Assembly: GCA_038247205.1 (NCBI GenBank)
Contig: JBBRVC010000001.1
Span: 1,060 to 65,059, forward strand
DNA: 64,000 bases
Source: Bacteroidales bacterium
GTDB taxonomy: Bacteria; Bacteroidota; Bacteroidia; Bacteroidales; VadinHA17
Direction of reading: 5' to 3'
In this document: in pieces, positions 57,932 to 64,000 of the stretch
Position numbering within the stretch: the first letter of the stretch is position 1
How the letters are laid out: every line of letters starts with the position of its first letter
Translations under genes and position numbers: made by a program
Notes under the pieces: generated by a model
Told to the model about the DNA's origin: nothing
The model's database searches: none
The model's input: the letters and a program-made list of their open reading frames with translations, nothing else

Positions 57932-59155
57932 ATGAGCAAGAAAGATGACAGATCAATAGAGATTACAGGTGATGTCAGATGGATCGGTGTGCTGGATTAT
58001 GACATCCGGACATTTGATATAGTAATGCAAACAGATTTTGGAACCACCTATAATTCCTTCTTTATAAATGCAGAAAAAAAAGCAATTGTAGAGGTTGCAA
58101 AGGAAAAATTCTGGGATACTTATCTGCAAAAACTGACATCACTTACGGATCCCGCAGATTTACAATATATTATTCTGAATCATACCGAACCTGATCATTC
58201 CGGCAGTCTTAGGAACTTACTACGTCTGGCTCCATCAGCAACTGTTGTCGGAAGTGGTAATGCCATTCGTTATCTGGAAGATATTGTTAATATTCCTTTC
58301 AGATCATTGGTCGTAAAAGACGGCGATACACTTGATCTCGGAAATAAGACGTTAAGATTCTTCTCTGCACCTAACCTGCATTGGCCCGATTCAATGTTTA
58401 CATATCTGATTGAGGATAAGGTGTTATTCTCATGCGATCCTTTCGGGGCACATTACTGTGATTCTGAAATTTTCAGCAGCTTGACCGATGAGTACCTGGG
58501 AGCATTTAAGTATTATTTCGATGTTATCCTGAAACCATTCAGCAAATTCATGGTTAAGGCAATTGATAAAATAAGGCCGCTTGATATTGATTTCATATGC
58601 ACCGGGCACGGGCCCATACATAGTGAAAACTCGGCTAAGATTATTGACCTGACTTACAACTATTCAATGGATTACCTCAATCTGATCAGAGATAAGACAA
58701 AGAAAAACATTCTCATTGCCTACGTCTCAGCATATGGATATACAAAGCAAGGTGCTGAGATGATTGCTGCAGGGATACTTGAAAATCAGGATTTCATAGT
58801 TGATGTTGTGGATATTGAAAATATTAACCTGTCTGAGCTTGACGACAAGCTAACAGTCTCTAATGGTATTTTGGTTGGTTCCCCGACAATCAATCAGAAT
58901 ACTCTTTTGCCAATCTACAAATTATTCGCCCTGATAAATCCACTAAGGGATAAAGGTAAGCTTGGGGCAGCATTCGGATCTTATGGATGGAGCGGTGAAG
59001 CGCAGCAGATCATTCTTGATAATATGAAGAATCTTAAGCTTAATATTTTAGAGGAAACAGCCACATTTAAATTCTCTCCTGACGGGTTGAAAGAAGAACC
59101 TCTTAAGGATTTCGGCAGGCTCTATGCCAGACGGTTCCTTAAACAATGCCATTAA
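57932..59155 (+). CDS. FprA-family flavodiiron protein (metallo-beta-lactamase plus flavodoxin domains)
   Basis: Di-iron motif ILNHTEPDHSGS and a C-terminal flavodoxin-like domain (ILIAYVSAYGYTK ... GSPTINQN). Confidence 0.88.
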   Translation: MSKKDDRSIEITGDVRWIGVLDYDIRTFDIVMQTDFGTTYNSFFINAEKKAIVEVAKEKFWDTYLQKLTSLTDPADLQYIILNHTEPDHSGSLRNLLRLAPSATVVGSGNAIRYLEDIVNIPFRSLVVKDGDTLDLGNKTLRFFSAPNLHWPDSMFTYLIEDKVLFSCDPFGAHYCDSEIFSSLTDEYLGAFKYYFDVILKPFSKFMVKAIDKIRPLDIDFICTGHGPIHSENSAKIIDLTYNYSMDYLNLIRDKTKKNILIAYVSAYGYTKQGAEMIAAGILENQDFIVDVVDIENINLSELDDKLTVSNGILVGSPTINQNTLLPIYKLFALINPLRDKGKLGAAFGSYGWSGEAQQIILDNMKNLKLNILEETATFKFSPDGLKEEPLKDFGRLYARRFLKQCH

Positions 59156-59158
59156 AAA

Positions 59159-59194
59159 TTGAGCGGTTAAAAGTTGAGCGAAGAGCATTGAGCG
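59159..59194 (+). repeat. Three direct TTGAGCG heptamers spaced 15 and 14 nt apart
   Basis: TTGAGCG at 59159, 59174 and 59188, immediately after the fprA-like stop. Confidence 0.6.
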
Positions 59195-59383
59195 ATGAGA
59201 AGGCGATATAGGTTTTGTCCTCCATTATTTAATTAAACATATATTAATAGTTTTCATGGACATACTTTCAATTTATGTTCCATTTTAAAAAACAGACAAA
59301 ATGGCATAGTGTTTTGTGATTCATGCGGACAAAATGGCAGTAATAAAATCATTTTCTTTTCGTAGTTTTGCATAAAGAGGCAA

Positions 59384-60562
59384 GTGAAAATGAACGTCAC
59401 ATTAAGGAACATCCTGATATTTTTCGGTATTTTAATCTTACTTGCATGCGTATGGTTTTTCAGGAACATTGTCGTTTATATTCTGGTTGCCGGAGTTCTA
59501 TCCATTATGGGACGTCCTCTTGTGGACCTGCTTTGCAGAATCCGCATTAAGAGTTGGAAATTTCCCCGTTCCCTCAGTGCATTGATCACTCTGGCGATAA
59601 TATGGGGAGTTATTATAAGTTTTTTCGTGATATTCATACCTCTGGTAACCAAGCAGATTAATTATTTTTCATCAATCGAAAGTGAAAAGCTTGTACAGCT
59701 GGTTGATGTTCCCATCCAAAAAATTGAGAGTATTTTCAGTGCATTCGACAGCAGCATAACAAGTGAACTCTCTCTTAAGGATTATATTACAAGAAAGATC
59801 GCAAGTGTGCTGAATATTAATATGATCCAGAACTTCCTGGGTTCAATAGTCGGTATTCTTGGTAACCTCATCGTGGCAGTATTCTCGATAACCTTCATAT
59901 CATTTTTCTTCCTGAAAGATCAGCAGCTCTTTTTTGAATCCATCCTGATGTGGGTTCCCGATAAGTACACTGACAACGTATCACGGGCATTATTTTCTAT
60001 CAAGAAACTTCTTACAAGGTATTTTATTGGGATTGTGATACAGAGTACTTGTATAATGATACTTATCGATATTGGAATGACTATCGTTGGAATTGATTTC
60101 CAGCAAGCACTGGTTATGGGGCTTATTCTGGGAATTCTGAACGTAATTCCATATGTTGGTCCGTGGATAGGTCTCTTCATTGCAATAATTATGGGAGTTG
60201 CCTCGCATATAAACATGGATTTCACTACTGTTGTTTTGCCTCTGGTTTACTATATGATCCTTGTTGAAGCTATTGTTCACCTAATCGATAATGTTGTTTT
60301 CCAGCCCGTTATTTTCTCCAACAGTGTAAGAGCTCATCCTCTTGAAATATTTGTGGTTGTTCTGGCAGCAGGTTTTGCAGCGGGCATTCCCGGTATGATT
60401 TTCGGTATTCCGGCATATACCGTTTTAAGGGTTTTTGCCCGTGAGTTCTTTTATAACTTTAAAGCTGTTCAGAGAATAACATCGAGTCTCTCTCCTGAAA
60501 AAATAGGGGAAAAGAAATTAAAACGTGAGATCATAATAAAAGATACTGTTAATCCTGATTAA
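59384..60562 (+). CDS. AI-2E family transporter (PerM-like)
   Basis: 392 aa with about 8 TM helices and an IPYVGPWIG segment typical of the family. Confidence 0.85.
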   Translation: MKMNVTLRNILIFFGILILLACVWFFRNIVVYILVAGVLSIMGRPLVDLLCRIRIKSWKFPRSLSALITLAIIWGVIISFFVIFIPLVTKQINYFSSIESEKLVQLVDVPIQKIESIFSAFDSSITSELSLKDYITRKIASVLNINMIQNFLGSIVGILGNLIVAVFSITFISFFFLKDQQLFFESILMWVPDKYTDNVSRALFSIKKLLTRYFIGIVIQSTCIMILIDIGMTIVGIDFQQALVMGLILGILNVIPYVGPWIGLFIAIIMGVASHINMDFTTVVLPLVYYMILVEAIVHLIDNVVFQPVIFSNSVRAHPLEIFVVVLAAGFAAGIPGMIFGIPAYTVLRVFAREFFYNFKAVQRITSSLSPEKIGEKKLKREIIIKDTVNPD

Positions 60563-60603
60563 AGCTGTTACCAATTCATTATCAGAAAAAACTGACTGAA
60601 AAA

Positions 60604-60843
60604 ATGAAGTTATCCTTCGATCTTCCAAAGAAAGTCTTCCAATTCTATTACGAAGGGTTCACCACTTTGTCGTGGTGGGGAAAGAAGATGTGGATTATAA
60701 TCATTTTAAAGCTTTTTATAATGTTCGCCATATTAAAGGTTTTTTTCTTTCCTGACGTTCTTAAGAAAAATTTTGATACCGACAAGGAGAGGAGCGAATA
60801 CGTAATTGATCAATTAATTAATCTTCCCGATAACCATGATTGA
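60604..60843 (+). CDS. DUF4492-like small membrane protein preceding cydAB
   Basis: 79 aa with one TM (WIIIILKLFIMFAILKVFFF). Overlaps the cydA start by 8 nt. Confidence 0.7.
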   Translation: MKLSFDLPKKVFQFYYEGFTTLSWWGKKMWIIIILKLFIMFAILKVFFFPDVLKKNFDTDKERSEYVIDQLINLPDNHD

Positions 60844-62410
60844 AAATGTAGATATTTCACTTGTCGACTGGTCGAGGGCCCAGTTTGCACTTACTGCGAT
60901 TTATCACTGGCTTTTTGTGCCGTTGATAATTGGTCTGGCATTTATTGTAGCTATAATGGAGACAATCTATTACCAGACGGGTAAGGAGGATTGGAAGAGA
61001 ATAACTAAATTCTGGATGGTTCTCTTCGGAATCAATTTCGCAATAGCTGTCGCAACGGGCATAATTCTTGAGTTTGAATTCGGAACAAACTGGTCAAATT
61101 ACTCATGGTTCGTTGGCGATATTTTCGGAGCCCCTCTTGCAATTGAAGGGATCCTGGCATTCTTTCTTGAAGCCACATTTGTAGCGGTGATGTTTTTTGG
61201 CTGGGAGAAAGTAAGCAGGAGGTTTCATCTGGTGTCAACCTGGCTTGTTGCTATAGGTGCCAGTATTTCAGCACTATGGATCCTTGTGGCCAATGCCTGG
61301 ATGCAGAATCCTGTCGGTATGACATTTAATCCAGAAACAGCCAGGAATGAAATGGTATCCTTTTGGGCTGTATTATTCAATCAGGTAGCCGTTGATAAAT
61401 TTCTGCATGCAATATCATCAGGATTTTTGGTTGCTTCAATGTTTGTTCTTGGGATCAGCTCATGGTACCTGATAAAAAACAGGGAAGAATTACTTGCAAA
61501 AAGAAGTATTCTCATAGCATCTGTTTTTGGTTTATTGTCATCTCTTCTTGTAGCCTATACAGGAGATACATCCGCCAGAACTATCTCAAAAGTCCAACCC
61601 ATGAAGTTTGCTGCATTTGAAGCTCTTTACGATGGGAAGGAAAATGCAGGCCTGGTTGCTTTCGGGATACTTAAAGATTCAGGTGAGAAAATGGGCAGCC
61701 AAAGAATTGAGGATGTGAAAGTCAGGTTTGAGATACCCGGACTTCTGTCAATAATGACTACAGGTGACAGGGAAGGATATGTTCCTGGTTTAAAGGATCT
61801 TGTTAACGGGAATCCGGATAAAAATTTGTTATCGGTTAACGAAAAAAAGGCTAAAGGTATCATTGCTAGGGATGTGCTGCTTGAATATAAAAAAGCCCGC
61901 CTGAGTAAGGATAATGAAAAAATTGAAGAGCTCAAAGCAAAGTTCAGCGATAAGGAATTCTTTGAAAATTACTTCAGATATTTCGGTTACTCATATTTTA
62001 AAGCTCCCGAAGATGTGATACCGGATGTGCCAGCTTCGTTCTATTCCTTTCACCTTATGGTTTATCTGGGGTTTCTTTTTATACTGATCTTCACCCTCGC
62101 AATAATCTTCCTTTTCAGAGGAACACTGGTAAAGAACAAATGGTACCTCTGGCTCGCCGTATTTTCTATACCATTACCTTTTGTTGCCGGAGAAGCTGGT
62201 TGGGTAGTTACTGAAATGGGCCGTCAACCCTGGATAATTCAGGATCTTATGCCTGTCTCAGCGGGTGTTTCCCAAATAACCTCAGGGTCAGTAATAACAA
62301 CATTCATATTATTTGCAGTTCTGTTCACAGTACTGCTGATAGCTGAAATTTCAATAATGCTCAGACAAATAAAAATGGGACCAAAAGATAAGGAGGACAA
62401 AAATATATGA
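60836..62410 (+). CDS. cydA: Cytochrome bd ubiquinol/menaquinol oxidase subunit I
   Basis: LSRAQFALTAIYHWLFVPL, a Q-loop region, and GWVVTEMGRQPW. Confidence 0.96.
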   Translation: MIENVDISLVDWSRAQFALTAIYHWLFVPLIIGLAFIVAIMETIYYQTGKEDWKRITKFWMVLFGINFAIAVATGIILEFEFGTNWSNYSWFVGDIFGAPLAIEGILAFFLEATFVAVMFFGWEKVSRRFHLVSTWLVAIGASISALWILVANAWMQNPVGMTFNPETARNEMVSFWAVLFNQVAVDKFLHAISSGFLVASMFVLGISSWYLIKNREELLAKRSILIASVFGLLSSLLVAYTGDTSARTISKVQPMKFAAFEALYDGKENAGLVAFGILKDSGEKMGSQRIEDVKVRFEIPGLLSIMTTGDREGYVPGLKDLVNGNPDKNLLSVNEKKAKGIIARDVLLEYKKARLSKDNEKIEELKAKFSDKEFFENYFRYFGYSYFKAPEDVIPDVPASFYSFHLMVYLGFLFILIFTLAIIFLFRGTLVKNKWYLWLAVFSIPLPFVAGEAGWVVTEMGRQPWIIQDLMPVSAGVSQITSGSVITTFILFAVLFTVLLIAEISIMLRQIKMGPKDKEDKNI

Positions 62411-63537
62411 ATACAATGATAACACATATCTTCCTGCAGCAATACTGGTGGATTATCATTTCTGTTCTTGCAGCATTGCTTGTGTTCCTGATGTTCGTTC
62501 AGGGAGGACAAACAATGATTTTTTCACTTCCCGGGAATAATACTCATAAGTCGATGATAGTGAATGCTATGGGACGAAAATGGGAACTTACGTTTACTAC
62601 TCTGGTTACCTTTGGGGGTGCATTTTTTGCCTCATTTCCTCTTTTCTACGCTACAAGCTTCGGAGGAGCTTACTGGTTATGGACCATCATACTTTTCAGT
62701 TTCATAATACAGGCGGTGGCTTATGAATTCCGGTCAAAGCCTTCAAATATTTTTGGTCAGAATACATTTGATACTTTCCTGTATATAAATGGATCCTTCG
62801 GACCTGTGCTTATTGGTGTAGCTGTTGCGACATTCTTCACCGGCTCCCAATTCGAATTAAATGATATGAATCAGGTACAATGGACTAACCCATGGAGAGG
62901 CCTGGAAGCTTTGTTTAACCTGAGAAACCTGGCTCTGGGATTTGCTGTGCTATTTCTTGCAAAAACCAATGGACTACTTTACATGATTAATGTTATTGAC
63001 AATGAAGAGATCACTGGAAGAGCTTCAAAAAAACTGATGTTCAATTTTATCCTGTTTCTTGTTCTGTTCCTCGGCTTTATTATTTCCCTTCTTTTGTCCA
63101 AAGGGATGGCAGTTAACCCGGCAACAGGTGAAATTTCATCCGAAAAATTTAAATATCTGCATAATTTCCTACAGATGCCTATGGTTTTGATAATGTTTCT
63201 AATTGGAGTTATCACAGTTCTGGCCGGAGTGGGAATAGCTTTCATCAAAAAAAGCAAAAAAGGTATCTGGTTTACCGGTCCGGGAACATTTCTTGCTGTC
63301 TTTGCCCTTTTCCTGGCAGCCGGCTTTAACGGGACCTCATTTTACCCTTCGTCATATGACATAAATAGTTCCTTAACCATTTATAATGCTTCATCCAGCC
63401 ATTTCACCCTGGTAACGATGATGTACGTTTCGTTTTTCTTGCCTGTGGTATTCATTTATATATGGTATGCCTGGAAAGCACTGGATACCAAAAAGATAAC
63501 AGAAGGTGAGATGACAGCTGGAGGGCATGTTTATTAA
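62407..63537 (+). CDS. cydB: Cytochrome bd oxidase subunit II
   Basis: 376 aa with about 8-9 TM helices. ATGA overlap with cydA. Confidence 0.93.
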   Translation: MNTMITHIFLQQYWWIIISVLAALLVFLMFVQGGQTMIFSLPGNNTHKSMIVNAMGRKWELTFTTLVTFGGAFFASFPLFYATSFGGAYWLWTIILFSFIIQAVAYEFRSKPSNIFGQNTFDTFLYINGSFGPVLIGVAVATFFTGSQFELNDMNQVQWTNPWRGLEALFNLRNLALGFAVLFLAKTNGLLYMINVIDNEEITGRASKKLMFNFILFLVLFLGFIISLLLSKGMAVNPATGEISSEKFKYLHNFLQMPMVLIMFLIGVITVLAGVGIAFIKKSKKGIWFTGPGTFLAVFALFLAAGFNGTSFYPSSYDINSSLTIYNASSSHFTLVTMMYVSFFLPVVFIYIWYAWKALDTKKITEGEMTAGGHVY

Positions 63538-63619
63538 GTGAGACCATGAGACTCGGGTTATAACCTGACTGAGGTATTTTTTTGAAGTAAGAAAAATGAT
63601 AATTTAACCTAATTTCAAT

Positions 63620-63733
63620 ATGTATACATTTCAACTGTTACAGTACCTGATATGGCCGGCATTTATTGTAATATCCTGGTATATAGTAAAGTGGGCGTTG
63701 TCGAAGTATGAAAGCAAATTTCCTGAAGAATAG
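63620..63733 (+). CDS. 37-aa single-TM ORF downstream of cydB (CydX-like by position and size)
   Basis: Hand translation gives MYTFQLLQYLIWPAFIVISWYIVKWALSKYESKFPEE, with ATG at 63620 and TAG at 63731-63733. Confidence 0.4.
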   Translation: MYTFQLLQYLIWPAFIVISWYIVKWALSKYESKFPEE

Positions 63734-63782
63734 TATTCATTACAACATCCTCATTTAAAATGCATTAGCCCACTTCTTTCAA

Positions 63783-63811
63783 CCGCGGAGCTTAGTGGAA
63801 CCGCTCCGCGG
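63783..63811. terminator. GC-rich hairpin between convergent ORFs (possible terminator; no T-tract)
   Basis: ccgcggagc-N11-gctccgcgg is a perfect 9-bp stem. Confidence 0.35.
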
Positions 63812-63882
63812 AAAACTTGATTTGCCCATTGCAACAACGCATTCCAATGTGTGTATAAGATTAGCCCTACTTGCAGGGATTA

Positions 63883-63999
63883 TTATTTTGAATCCTTCGG
63901 GAAAAGAAGTGATGCCAGTGAAGCAATAATATATATAGGTACTATTAGCAGAATAGCTTCAAAACCGAAAATAATAAGAGAAATCCCTGCAAGCACAAT
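63883..63999 (-). CDS. 3' end of a membrane-protein ORF that begins beyond the window
   Basis: Frame open from the window edge (IVLAGISLIIFGFEAILLIVPIYIIASLASLLFPKDSK) with TAA at 63885-63883. Confidence 0.3.
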   Translation of the reverse strand: MVLAGISLIIFGFEAILLIVPIYIIASLASLLFPKDSK

Positions 64000-64000
64000 A

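Noticed and set aside
59159-59194. A CRISPR array or other long tandem repeat anywhere in the window.
   Set aside because: No series of 25-40 bp repeats with unique spacers was seen. The only iterated motifs are 7-mers here and the two 156-nt recombinase tails.

Overview
AT-rich chromosomal segment of Bacteroidota type. Supporting signs are a T9SS porQ-like barrel, many TAnnTTTG -7 promoter motifs, a fused ccsBA, DUF4492-cydAB, L31 type B, and genes with no Shine-Dalgarno. I support about 60 coding genes, most of them housekeeping. These include a TolC/MFP/RND efflux operon, an M1 peptidase, and a translationally coupled AraC / hybrid histidine kinase / receiver operon. Also present are pfkA, ispH, cmk, porQ, etfBA plus a membrane Fe-S oxidoreductase pair plus a long acyl-CoA dehydrogenase, and rpmE2, lon, coaD, pyrE, birA, rsfS, ftsH, cdsA, psd, a flavodiiron protein and cydAB. 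There is one tRNA-His. I saw no rRNA, no CRISPR array and no intact transposase or integrase. The non-ordinary part is 29.8-44.5 kb. It is a c-type cytochrome island holding a monoheme lipoprotein, a DUF5777-like beta-barrel, an anchored heptaheme cytochrome with a dihaem-type cytochrome b, and NrfC/NrfD-like genes. It also holds a monoheme cytochrome c, a hexaheme lipoprotein, a Crp/Fnr regulator and CcsBA, and no recognisable terminal reductase. Its NrfC-like and NrfD-like genes are cut by a ~4.4 kb mosaic at 33.0-37.4 kb. The mosaic contains an M4 protease fragment, a TonB-dependent receptor fragment, a small zinc-ribbon ORF, two serine-recombinase HTH tails, one intact ParE/RelE-type toxin-antitoxin pair and one decayed pair. 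Other oddities are cmk interrupted by one in-frame TAA, a 351-bp tandem PAS duplication, a CydX-like 37-codon ORF after cydB, and a GC-rich nested-palindrome element flanked by a 10-bp direct repeat. All family assignments come from motif reading by eye. No database search was run.
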